A stretch of 64,000 bases of DNA from Narcine bancroftii (Eukaryota). Made by a program: the position numbers and the translations under genes. The stretch is taken from NCBI RefSeq assembly GCF_036971445.1, contig NC_091482.1, forward strand, positions 61,690,001-61,754,000, read 5' to 3'. This document shows positions 28,159-39,257 of the stretch, piece by piece; positions within the stretch are counted from its first letter, which is position 1, and each line of letters starts with the position of its first letter. The notes under the pieces are model-generated. The model was not told where the DNA came from, made no database searches, and worked only from the letters and a program-made list of their open reading frames with translations.

Positions 28159-29463
28159 ATTAGTGGAAGATGACATGGTGGAACAAGGAAAATACAAGCT
28201 GGCAAGTGATTTTACATCTGGGCATTAACCTGTGTGCATCTCATGGAACCAATACATCTAGATAGATGTTTTTTTTGTACCATCCATAAAAGTGATGGAA
28301 CCAATTTTGGAGCCTGCGTTGGAGTGTAAAGGCTGAAGAGTTGAATCTTTCTAGGAGAGCTTTGCAAATTCCATCATATCTTCTCTGTGGGTCTAGATAA
28401 TTTACCCTGTGAAGCAGCTTTATCCTTACATTAGTGCGTGAGCCTGTGGCCTTGCCAGCTGAATATCTTTCAAAGTGCATTGGATTAAAATTGTTAGAGC
28501 CTCGAGGTAGGCAACCCGGTTTTAATTGATGTTTAAGGCCACCAGCTGTTTTGGATTGTTGATTATAAAAATGACAAAGTTCTTGCCATCAATGACTTCT
28601 ACCATATCCCATCTGTGCAGTAGATAAGAGCTGCAGTTTAAAATCTCAGTAATTATATATTTGGTACATAGTTAGCAATCCTTTGAACTTGCGTAAAACA
28701 TTGTAGGATGATGTCAAAGGTCAGTAAACGAAGTTTAGAAGATATCTTGTTTTTTTGAGTATCAGCTGCTACTGGTTCCTTGGATGCAAGTTCTCACCCC
28801 GTCATCTATTATTGACAATAGCCCTCAGTTTGGCCAAATGCGCAAGCTAGTGCTCCAAATAATGGTCCTCAATCTGAACTTAATCAAAAATGGCCCAAAG
28901 GTTCCTGCACTGTTGAAGTCTGCACAACTCACCTGTTCCACTCAATTATAAATTCAGCTTTTGTACTGACATTTTTGGAAATCAGGATGTGTTGGAAACT
29001 TTCTAGGGCTCTGATGTGCAGTACACTAAATTGGACAATCTTTTAGACCAATTGTAATCAGTAAGAAAATATTGTTGACTGCTAAAAATAGTGTGAATCG
29101 TGTGTACTTAAAAGTGTCGTGTTCCTGCTGAAGATGATCATTAAAATCTAATGTTGCAATAATTAAGTATTCTTAAGAGTTTATTTTTCCCCACTTTCCA
29201 CATCTATATTTTCCTATTAATGTGACACTTTTCAGGAAGGGCTGCGTCCTCAGCATTTTGTTTTCATCTTAATAACCAAGTGTAACAGTTCTTTTGGCCC
29301 ATAGAACTCTAAATGGAGGTGCAATTTTAACAATTGTTCCTGACCAGTACACAAGCCCCACCATTCAGTATCATAGATGGTAACTGTTCCTTGTCACACA
29401 TTAGAACATGCATGAAATTCTTTTAACCACTAAGGAAGACAAAGCTGCCACTTTGTCCAGAAC

Positions 29464-29540
29464 CCCTCAGAGTAACAAGGCCCAGCAACGATTGAACTTG
29501 CGACGACACCTGGTTTACACGATCAGTACTCATCACTGAG
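29464..29540 (-). ncRNA. candidate orphan C/D-box RNA
   Basis: CTCA-GTGATGA ... CCTTGTTACT-CTGA-GGG, 77 nt, K-turn-compatible ends; no host intron identified. Confidence 0.3.
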
Positions 29541-30294
29541 CTATTGGAGGAAAGTAGTAGAATCGGGCCATTTACAAACTTGCATTTTGATTTATTCCCA
29601 GAAACCCCTGCCATTGCTGCGTTTTCATCCCCTCTATGTTCTCCTTCCAATGGCCAAACTAACCCATAGCCCTCAATCCCCAATGCAACCCTAATCTAGC
29701 TTCTGCAACTGTTTTAAATAACCTTTTCCCCTCTCCCCTACCCATTAGTGGAAACATGTCCCCTTAGAATCACAAATGCCAGAAACAGTTAGCTTGCTTG
29801 CTCAGCCTGAATATATTGGGCATCAGCTTCTGTTGCCTTAGAAGCCTTCAGGAAAGTGCAAACCCTGAAGCCAGATTTCCCACTTGATTCTGCTTGTCTA
29901 ACACTGCTCACTTTACATAAAAATCATGCAGTCAATGCTTTTCCAAATGACTTCACCAATGTTCTCAGAACCACAAATCACCTGCCAGCAAAAACGTGGA
30001 AGGAATGTAGTAGCTCCAATGCAATCCACCTGCAGAATTTTTTGACCCCCTAGACAAAACATGAGCTGAATGAAAGTGAATCATCAACACTATGTTTAAA
30101 ATGAAACAGTTGATGAAGGTCTGGACATAAATACATTGCAACTGTCTTATTCACATTACTTTCTCACATCCCTCCCCACCATGCTCTCAAATACTGCCGA
30201 GCATTTTCATATTTTTCACCTTGGTTTTGAATAAATTAGCCAAGCACAAGCCATGAAATCCAATGTAAACATAACACAAAACTTTAAATTGATG

Positions 30295-30300
30295 TTTATT
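30295..30300 (-). terminator. RPL4 poly(A) signal AATAAA
   Basis: tttatt on +, about 55 nt after the RPL4 stop; short 3'UTR typical of ribosomal protein genes. Confidence 0.8.
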
Positions 30301-30354
30301 TTGATGGAAGCTATACTGCAAAGTGCAAACACACACCTATAAAACAGGTTTGAT

Positions 30355-30396
30355 TTATGCAGCCACCTTTTGTTTCTTCTCTTGCTTGAGTTTGAG
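30355..30396 (-). CDS. RPL4: RPL4 exon 10 (LKLKQEKKQKVAA*)
   Basis: Pyrimidine tract + cag| acceptor, phase 0 matches exon 9, TAA followed by AATAAA. Confidence 0.85.
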   Translation of the reverse strand, partial: LKLKQEKKQKVAA

Positions 30397-30497
30397 CTGT
30401 AAGAAATGGGAAAGTAATCCAGCATCAGAGATCCTTGCCAACTAGCCAGCAAACTCATACAAACTGCAGTGTGGATAGAATTGACCAGTTCGCACCA

Positions 30498-31223
30498 TGT
30501 TGTGACAGATTATGTTGTATATAAGTGTTTTAAAAGGAGATAAGATTAGGTCCGGAACCACAGTCTGAGAAGTTGGCTGTTCTGAGAGGACCATGTGGTT
30601 TTCTGAGTAAGAGAGAGAATTCAGCTCTACAGCAGCTGGGACTGGAACATAAGCCGGCAAGCTTGTGGAAAAACCCCATTTTGAAGACGGGTTGTGAGTT
30701 CTAAGTTTGGTCAGTCTGTACAAGAGGAGATAGCTGGCTGTATAATGTTTCACTTGAAATAAGGGAAACAAAAAGGAACTCTGTGGTGACCTGGAGGAAA
30801 GGGGTTATCATCTGGAAAACCCTGATGGGGGGGGGGGGGGTAGACAAGTTTCTTCAGCAAGACACTGAAATGGCTGATTGGAAGGAATCAGTTCTTGTGT
30901 GTCCAACGAGCAACAAATCTCTCTGAAAACTGACAAGAACCTTCCTGAGCGGAAATCATTTACCATTCAAGCACCAAAGCCTGGTTAAGATTCATAAATG
31001 TTAAATTCTGTGCACTATATAAGAATTGCCTGAACTTGGGAGTGAGAAGTGAGATGGGACTGTGAATCATACACACATTCCAATACAGGTGTGCTTAGAA
31101 TTAGAAGGGGCTTAAATTAAGTTAATAGTAATAAATTAAGAGTTTAAAGATAATTAAAAGCAACCATTTGCCTTGGTGAATTTCTATTGCTGCTGGGTTT
31201 TGGGGTCCTCTGGGCACATAACA
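30498..31223. mobile_element. probable solo LTR filling most of RPL4 intron 9
   Basis: TGTTGTG...CATAACA inverted termini; no clean TSD seen. Confidence 0.5.
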
Positions 31224-31231
31224 ATACTCAC

Positions 31232-31352
31232 ATTCTTTTGCTGACGAAGAATTGCATGGCGGCGCACAGTCTTGGCATATGGATTCAGTTTCAGCATAAT
31301 CCTCAGGTTCTTCAGTGGGTTCTTCTTTAGTACCCTGCGATGAATCTTTTTG
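31232..31352 (-). CDS. RPL4: RPL4 exon 9 ([16 protein letters not shown]...RQQKN)
   Basis: cag| ... |GTGAGT; 121 nt. Confidence 0.96.
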
Positions 31353-31696
31353 CTGTGAAAAGTTGGGGGGCGTAAAATTAGGATATACTCGTTATTTCTG
31401 GAAACTTGCCTGTACACAAGGGCTCAACTAAGAGGTACTGGACAAACCGCAGAATGGATGGTGAAATGAGCAATATGCGGTGCTACAAGAGTCGATGTGA
31501 TATGGGCTAGTGACCTCAGCTAGAAAAACACACCAGCTTCCACAGGCAACTCCCACAATGTGAGATGAAAATAGTAATAAATGTGAACATGTTCTCTACC
31601 TGGCCATATTTAATATGATTCAAAAAATGTACACTACCCTTTTTACATGCCCACAGCCAACGACTTCTCTAGTTTTACTTCTAAGTTAGGAACAGG

Positions 31697-31733
31697 GCAT
31701 CAAAAACAGACCAATCAGAATTTTATCACTGCA
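31697..31733 (-). pseudogene. decayed U18 5' half, RPL4 intron 8
   Basis: GTGATAAAATTCTGATTGGTCTGTTTTTGA resembles U18 box C + guide + D'; box C mutated, guide shortened, no box D downstream. Confidence 0.55.
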
Positions 31734-31828
31734 TGAAAATTGGCAATTCTCTGCTGATGCAAGTTCCTTCAAGATGCTGGAGGAAATAAAATTCACAGCA
31801 ACTGCCCGGGTGAAATACTTTGACTTAC

Positions 31829-31912
31829 TTTGGAGGACGAAGAGCTTTCTGGATTTCCTGACTCTTTAAGATGCGGCTCAGATCTGTGTTGGCCATTTTA
31901 TGAATGGGAAGG
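31829..31912 (-). CDS. RPL4: RPL4 exon 8 ([27 protein letters not shown])
   Basis: cag| ... |GTAAGT; 84 nt. Confidence 0.96.
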
Positions 31913-32088
31913 CTGGATGGAAAAAAAAGTTATAGTTGGATAAAGTAACGATGGTTACAAACAGGACAGCGACAGCACAAGAAGGTTCTCTAATGGCAAC
32001 AGGATTCTACAAATCCTACAGTCTAGACCTTGGTATCACCCTAATAATTAGTGCCAGGAAGCCTCCACAAGTTGTTATCTACTGCTTA

Positions 32089-32159
32089 GACATCAGAACT
32101 TCCACCAATATCACAAGATATCAAAAACACGGACCATGAAGTGGAATCTCATCATTGTC
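32089..32159 (-). ncRNA. SNORD18: C/D snoRNA U18 (SNORD18), RPL4 intron 7
   Basis: GACA-ATGATGA...ATTCCACTTCATGGTCCGTGTTT-TTGA...GTGATAT...CTGA-TGTC; terminal stem; guide complementary to 28S AAACACGGACC. Confidence 0.92.
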
Positions 32160-32360
32160 ATCGAATCTATTTCAGCTAACAGAAAGAATGCAATGCTTAT
32201 AGTTGACCAGGGAATCTATATTAAGTGGCAAGACTGAAATGGTAGACATTAGCCAATAACAATTTCAATGAGGAAATCAGTTAATGAAAGGAAAAAGGTC
32301 TCATAATTTAGATGACATAACTAGTCCCATGAGCCCTCCAATTTAACACCAAAGTCTTAC

Positions 32361-32517
32361 TTGTATCCAACTTTCAATTTTGAAGGTTTACGCCATGTTC
32401 CATACAACTCATCCAGTTTACGGAAGGCACTCTCTGTCCAGATTAAGAATCGGCCGACGTGGCCACCAGGAGCAAGTCTAAGAACATTTAATTTGTTGAC
32501 ATTGAGAAGAGTTATAC
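32361..32517 (-). CDS. RPL4: RPL4 exon 7 ([23 protein letters not shown]...)
   Basis: cag| ... |GTAAG; 157 nt. Confidence 0.96.
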
Positions 32518-32727
32518 CTGCAGTAAAGCAAAGCACAAGGAGTCCAGTTCTCAGCTCACATCTCTGAAACTTTACAAAAACTCCCAACAGGAACACTAAA
32601 CACTTCTGGCACAGAGGAAATACTATGCCCAGGTCAGACAATATCCAACAAGCAAACTACACAAAAGAAAGACATGCAACTGGTCTCCACCTTGATGGAT
32701 ATTATTCTTCCCCCCCCCCCACCAATA

Positions 32728-32797
32728 GACATCAGATTTTCCACTAATATCACAATTTTTCAAAAACACAGACCAAGTGGAATCTCATCATTGTGTC
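32728..32797 (-). ncRNA. SNORD18: C/D snoRNA U18 (SNORD18), RPL4 intron 6
   Basis: ATGATGA...ATTCCACTTGGTCTGTGTTT-TTGA...CTGA-TGTC; paralog of the intron 7 copy with one C>T in the guide. Confidence 0.88.
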
Positions 32798-32969
32798 CAG
32801 CTCACATCATTACATTTCAGATATTTTTAAATGACACTCTCTTAATTTCCAAATTTATCAAGTGTAAATTCAAAGTAAATAGTTTGCTCTCTGTTGCCAG
32901 AATATTCCATAGCCATTTCTAATAATAAAGATCCCAAATAAATCAGTAGTATTCAAAGTATTGGTTTAC

Positions 32970-33099
32970 CTGGGATGTTCCTGAAAGATCTGACAACACC
33001 GTTGTCTTCATTGTATATAATACATGGGCCTCTGCGCCGGATACGACGACGGTTCCTCATCTTTCCTTTGCCAGCACGCATACGCTGAGAAGCATAAAC
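32970..33099 (-). CDS. RPL4: RPL4 exon 6 ([18 protein letters not shown]...RNIP)
   Basis: cag| ... G|GTAAA; 130 nt. Confidence 0.96.
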
Positions 33100-33231
33100 C
33101 TGGGGGGGGGGGAAAACAAAATTTTTAATTCCAAACACACTTAGCTTTAAACCTTAAAAAAATTCAACTGAGATCATAAACAGACCAGCCTCATCTCTCT
33201 CACTGAATCATTCAATAGAAGTGTTACCTGC

Positions 33232-33356
33232 CTTTTTAATATCATTCCAGGCCTTCAGTTTTTTAAGCATCAGAACAGCCTCCTTGGTCTTTTTGTAGCT
33301 CTCAATCTTATCTTCAATCACAAGTGGGAGCTCTGGAATTTCCTCAATACAATGAC
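33232..33356 (-). CDS. RPL4: RPL4 exon 5 ([15 protein letters not shown]...WNDIKK), ends at a GC donor
   Basis: 125 nt; frame continuity with exon 6 requires AAG|GCAGGT. Confidence 0.92.
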
Positions 33357-33689
33357 CTGCAGAGGATTGTAAAATCATTACCAAAGCAGAAGAACCAAGC
33401 AAATGCCAAACCACTAATTTTAGAGGCAACTCCTGACAGAAAAAAAGAGAATGTTCCATTGATTGATACAACTCCAATTATCCAAAATGGTTGGGACCGG
33501 GCCCATTTCGGTTAACGTTTTTTTCCGGAGAACTGGTCATTTTTAAAAAACAGCCCAGTAGCAGTTTTTGAAAATCACCTGTAAGTGTTTAAAGAAGGTA
33601 TGGCTTTTTAAGCATTACAATGTTTAATTCAATTTCAAATCTGTATCAATCTATTTTCCCTGTGATGCAAATGAGAATTACTCCACTTA

Positions 33690-34285
<596 letters not shown>

Positions 34286-35944
34286 TTAAAAGTTGCATCA
34301 ATACAAATTGCACTGGAGTTACCATATATATTCTTGGTTATTTTCTCCACAATCTCAAGAGACAAAAGGTTTACTGGTTAACAGCAACAGTGTTACATAG
34401 TTAAATTGGTGGTGGTGGGGAGGGCAGGGTTTTTTTTTTTAAATTCAGGCACCCGTGTGCTTTTTGCTCATACCTTGACAAACGCACAGGTCTGAAACAT
34501 TGAATATGTATTTTCACTATACATTACGAAGTTTGTGATCTTCTGCATTTCTTCATACTTTTGTGTATTAAGCAGCGTATTTTCAGTTGTGGAAATAACA
34601 CAACCATCTTATAAACTGCAAAATACTGACCCCGATGACAGAAAACTATGTACTTAAAAAGTTTACAGCACAAAGCACCACTTCTCAGCCCTTTGGTCTA
34701 CACAGGGTTACCACAGGTTACGAACATCCAAATTGTGCTCCCAATTCATACATGCGCATGTCACCTCACGAATGCCCCTTCCAGGATCCAAGGCATCGAT
34801 GGAGCAAAATTATTAACTTTTGATCGTGATTTTTCTTTTTTCTATCTAAACAATTTTAAGAATTTTTTTTTTTTTGCAGTACTAAGACTAACATTTGACT
34901 GACACTAAATAAGAACCATATGTACCTGTTCCAACTTATCTACAAATTTGACTTAAAGACAGAGGTAGGAACAGATCTTTCATAACCCAGAAATTCCAGC
35001 TTATTCATCCTCACACCTAATCACGCAGTCTGCCTTCACCTCAAAATCTCATTTTTTAAAAATCTAGTTCCCCAAAAAAGATCTATGCCTCAAGAGGGCC
35101 TTGAAAGTGAAAATTTCGATCTGTGCTTCAAGAGTGCCCTGAAAGTGAAAAATTCTCTTCCAAAATCTTTATTATTGACTAGCTTCCATTTGTGACCTCA
35201 GGATTTAGTTGCGACTATTCTTTCAAATACTCCCTAGAATTTGAAGTAAATCAGGAATAAACCCAGGTGGATTCTAACTGAGGTTTAATCAGACCAAACT
35301 AGAAAAAGAAATCACACGATGTAGGAATCCAAACTTCACTCAGGCAAAGCAGCAATTCACTTCTACTTCTAACTTAGCAGAATGCATTCAATTCTCGCTA
35401 TGTAGTCTCTTCCACAATAGAAAAACCAAATGCAAACTGGATGTATAACTGTGCTATAATCCTTTTTCAATTTGTAACAATCTTCCTAATGCTAATTCTT
35501 TACATTCTGACCTCTAAAGAGCACTGCAACAAAGCCAATACAAACTTAAAAGTAATTCTCAGATTAGTCTCCATTGAATCCAACAATTTCAGATAATCAG
35601 TTTGAATCAGAAATTACATATTCCAATGCAAGATAAAACTATAAAATTAACTGGAGGTTTCTTCTGTCAAAGTTTTGTTATGATTACCAGTACCAATTAC
35701 TCCCCCTTTCACCTTTTTAACAAATGCAGTTTTCCCAAACCAAAATGGCCACCCCATAGCTTGAACATACAAAACCCTTCAGCATCAGGACTACCAATTT
35801 GTCAATTTATTGATAAGTTGCATGCACCATTGCAGTACACATACAAATTGAGCCAATTGACAACATGCCTGCCTTTTCCATTGGCAATCAAATGGAAAAA
35901 CATCATTCTGCATTTATTCATTTTAATCCAGCTTTAAAAAATTC

Positions 35945-36920
35945 ACACAACTATACCACCCGTGGCAGCAAATTCCAGTGATTCACCACTCTCTGGCTAA
36001 AGAAATTCTTCTCAAATCTGCTTTAAATGGACACCCTTCAATCCTGAAGTTGTGTCCTCTTGTCTTCGACTCCCCTCTACCATGGGAAAAAACTTTGCCT
36101 TATCTACTCTGCCCAGAACTTTCAACATTCAAACTGCTTCTATGAGCCTCTCCCTCATTCTTCCGAAGTCCAAGGAGTACAATCCAAGAATTGTCAAACA
36201 TTCCTCACATGCCAATTCCTTCATTCCAGGAATCATTCTTTTAAATTTTCTCTGAAGCCTCCCCAATGACATCACATCCTTTCTTAAATAAGGAGCCCAA
36301 AACTGTACCCTGTACTCCAAGTGAGGCTTCACCAGTCTTATAAATCCTCAACAACATATTCCTGCTCTCATTCATATTTAGAGGTTACAAGATAGCATTC
36401 ACCTTCTTCACCACTGACTCAACCTGAAGGTTAACCTTTAGGATATTCTGCACGAAAACTCCTCATTTTGAATTTGCACCTCCGATTTATGAATGTTCTC
36501 CCCATCCAAATAATAGTCTGCCCTTTTATTCCTTCTACCAAAGTGCTTGACTGTACACTTTCTTTGCCTATTTTCCTAATCCATCCATCTCTCTGCAACC
36601 TCAGAGCTCCTCACTACTTGCCCCTCCATCCATCTTTATATTATCTGCCAACTTAGCCACAAAGCCATTTATTCCTCAATCCAAATTATTATCATACAAT
36701 GTAAAGTGGCGATCCCCAACACTGACCAGTAGTCAACCATAATAGGATTCCTTTATTCCTGCCTATCAGCCAATGCTCTACCCATGCAAACATCTTTCCT
36801 GTGGGATCTCAGACTGTGAAACAGCCTCATTAGGAGCACCTTGTCAAAGGCCCTTTGAAAGTCAAATATACTGTACAACATCCACTCGATGTCCTTTGTA
36901 GTCTGCTTGTGGTTTCCTTA
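35945..36920 (-). mobile_element. CR1-like LINE fragment in RPL4 intron 2
   Basis: PHLEYRVQFWAPYLRKD on the - strand. Confidence 0.75.
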
Positions 36921-37371
36921 AAATTGTACAAATGGTTATTAGTTTAACTTCAATTTTTAACAGTTTCAAAATAGCTGGACCTCAAGAAAGCAGCCCGAGT
37001 GTCATAGTTCAAAAGTTAATTTAGCATTGAGACGAGATTTTTACAAAGTTGGAGTAACTCAGATCACACAGTGTTTAAGTAAAGGATCACAATCCTCCTG
37101 ACCTGTTGAGTCCATCCAGTTTCTCTTTGTTCAGTCAAAATTCTAGCATCGGCAGTTTTTCTGTCTTTGAGATTTTTACTCTATTAAAATCTAAAAGTAC
37201 AGTAATATCTCCCTACAAAAATAACCAGTTCAGGGAACTGACCAGTTCTACCACATTTAGCAATTCCAATCAAGGCAATTTATTTTCCTTCAGATACAAT
37301 TTGGACCACATGGGGAGGAAATCGGAAGTTCACAATTTTATAGGAAAACTGACTTTAAAAATTTAAATTAC

Positions 37372-37543
37372 CTGCATCTGCACTCACAGCATATGGCTGC
37401 CTGTTATTTTTGCGCAAGTTTGTATGAACAAAGTTCACAATATCTGGGCGGATAGGAGCCTTGAAAACAGCAGGCATGACTACATTTTTGCCAGATGCCT
37501 CTCCTTTGTCACTGTACACTGTTATCAGTGGGCGAGCACAAGC
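37372..37543 (-). CDS. RPL4: RPL4 exon 2 ([15 protein letters not shown]...YAVSADA)
   Basis: cag| ... G|GTAAT; 172 nt. Confidence 0.96.
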
Positions 37544-38210
37544 CTGAAAAATTGTACAAGCAATCCATTAGGTATAAACACTACATTAAGAAGTTCTCAT
37601 TTTACCAGTCAGAGATCATCCATTTTTACAGCAACAACCAGAATACATTTTTCGAAACAAGTTTGTTGGACACTGAAGCAGTAATTATTTTGAATAACTG
37701 TCCCACTATTTTGCATAAAAACGAAACTAAACCTGACCTTTTTTTTGCAACTGTTAAAAAGACTTAGGGACGGGGATGCTAGGAAAAAAAAATCTGAAGC
37801 TGTGAGTGAAGGATTAGACAAATGGAGAGGGGTGGGTGCTCCCAGGAGTGGGAGGGGAAAGTCTGGTGGGGTTCTGGAGAAGAGAGCCTGAGGTGGGGGT
37901 GAGGTTCTGGAGAGGAGAGCCGGTGTGGGGTGGGTTTTGGCCCAAAGAGCACAGTCTTGTACTATTATGCCCTGTAATTTTAAAATTTAAATGCAATTTT
38001 AAATTCCATGCAAGCACTGCGAACTGTAGGATTCGGCCATTTTATATATAATTAAACTAAATTTAACAAGCCAAGAACCCTGCTTCTTGGGGGAAAAAAA
38101 ATTATCGCAGAACAAACCATTTCAAGAGTAGCTCACCCTGAACTGAATTATTCAGTGGGTACATGGGCCACGTGGAGTGTTCAACCTTGCAGAGCACCAC
38201 TTGTTTCCCC

Positions 38211-38465
38211 ACCCCCCCCAATCCCATCCCCCTCCCCCCCCAATCCCATCCCCCTCCCCCCCAATCCCATCCCCCTCCCCCCCAATCCCATCCCCCTCCC
38301 CCCCAATCCCATCCCCCTCCCCCCCAATCCCATCCCCCCCCCCCAATCCCATCCCCCTCCCCCCCCAATCCCATCCCCCCTCTCCCCCCAATCCCATCCC
38401 CCTCCCCCCCAATCCCATCCCCCCTCCCCCCCAATCCCATCCCCCCCCCCCCAATCCCATCCCAT
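38211..38465. repeat. C-rich minisatellite (CCAATCCCATCCCCCTCCCCC)n, about 12 copies, RPL4 intron 1
   Basis: Read directly. Confidence 0.95.
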
Positions 38466-38669
38466 CGAGTTATGACCAACTCCCGTCGTTGCTCAGGGAA
38501 CAACGTGTCTCCCTTCCCCCACCCCACAAAATGGCCGCACGTTTTCTCACCCGTGGAGAAAAGTTCACACATTTTTTGAGATAAATGATCGTTCCAGAAG
38601 TTGATCACAGCGGCCTGGGGGAAACTACCCGCCCGAACCAGCCGGCATTAGAGCCCATTTCTCACCCAC

Positions 38670-38672
38670 CAT
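38670..38672 (-). CDS. RPL4: RPL4 exon 1 coding part (ATG only)
   Basis: accATG|GTGGGTGAG about 60 nt downstream of a TOP motif. Confidence 0.88.
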
Positions 38673-38704
38673 GGTCGCAGCTCCACGCCGCCGCCGCCCG
38701 CTCG

Positions 38705-38760
38705 AGATGGCGGTCTCCGCAGGAAAAGGAAGAACGCAGCACCGCCCCGCCACTTAAATG
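38705..38760 (-). promoter_or_regulatory. RPL4 core promoter: TCT/5'TOP initiator (CTTCCTTTTCC, 38722-38732), YY1-type CCGCCATCT (38705-38713), AT-rich element (38752-38759)
   Basis: Motifs read directly; arrangement typical of vertebrate ribosomal protein genes. Confidence 0.8.
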
Positions 38761-39087
38761 TAGGCCACCGCCACGTTCTCTCCGGCAATCACCACTGCTA
38801 GTCCGAGAACCCAACGTAAAATATTCCCAATGAACACTTAGGACAGGATATCTCTTTAAAGTGGCGCAAAGTCTCGATTCTATCAACAAAAGTAATAAAA
38901 TATTGTCCGCACTATTTTATTGTGGCGTCGGCACTATTTTCTTGCGAATGGATACATTTTCAAAAGACTCGACAAAATACAAAATTGTTAGTTGATATTA
39001 AAATAAATATTTAACGGTAATTTTTTTATTTAACACTTTTCTTACAAATAAAATTTGCTGAAAGTTGAAGTTATCTCACGACGAACG

Positions 39088-39136
39088 TGACGTCATGTTC
39101 CGGGGGAATGCGCGCGCGGATCGGCTGCCGTTTGAA
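39088..39136 (+). promoter_or_regulatory. ZWILCH promoter: CRE TGACGTCA (39088-39095) and CHR TTTGAA (39131-39136) after a GC-rich CDE/E2F-like tract
   Basis: Perfect motifs 50-100 nt upstream of the ATG; CHR is characteristic of DREAM/MuvB-regulated G2/M genes. Confidence 0.65.
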
Positions 39137-39184
39137 TTCTTGTTCCGGTCGGCGTTTCTGTCACCGAAGGAAAGTCTCAGCTCA

Positions 39185-39237
39185 ATGGACCCGGCGGCTT
39201 CACAGTCGGCCCGAATGTTTCAGGCCTTTCTATTTGG
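39185..39237 (+). CDS. ZWILCH: ZWILCH exon 1 ([17 protein letters not shown])
   Basis: ATG in CpG-rich region; GG|GTGGGT donor; phase fits exon 2. Confidence 0.75.
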
Positions 39238-39257
39238 GTGGGTGTCGATGGGGGTGG

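Noticed and set aside
29423-29683. 86-aa minus-strand ORF as SNAPC5
   Set aside because: No resemblance to the SNAPC5 coiled-coil or acidic tail, non-ATG start and no supporting splice structure
35088-35156. Two-copy ~39-bp direct repeat in RPL4 intron 2
   Set aside because: Ordinary local duplication with no further structure
37288-37315. Possible U18 remnant in RPL4 intron 2 (TGGTCC...TATCTGA on -)
   Set aside because: Match too short, no box C; indistinguishable from chance
38102-38608. Gly/Pro-rich ORFs
   Set aside because: Translations of the intron 1 minisatellite
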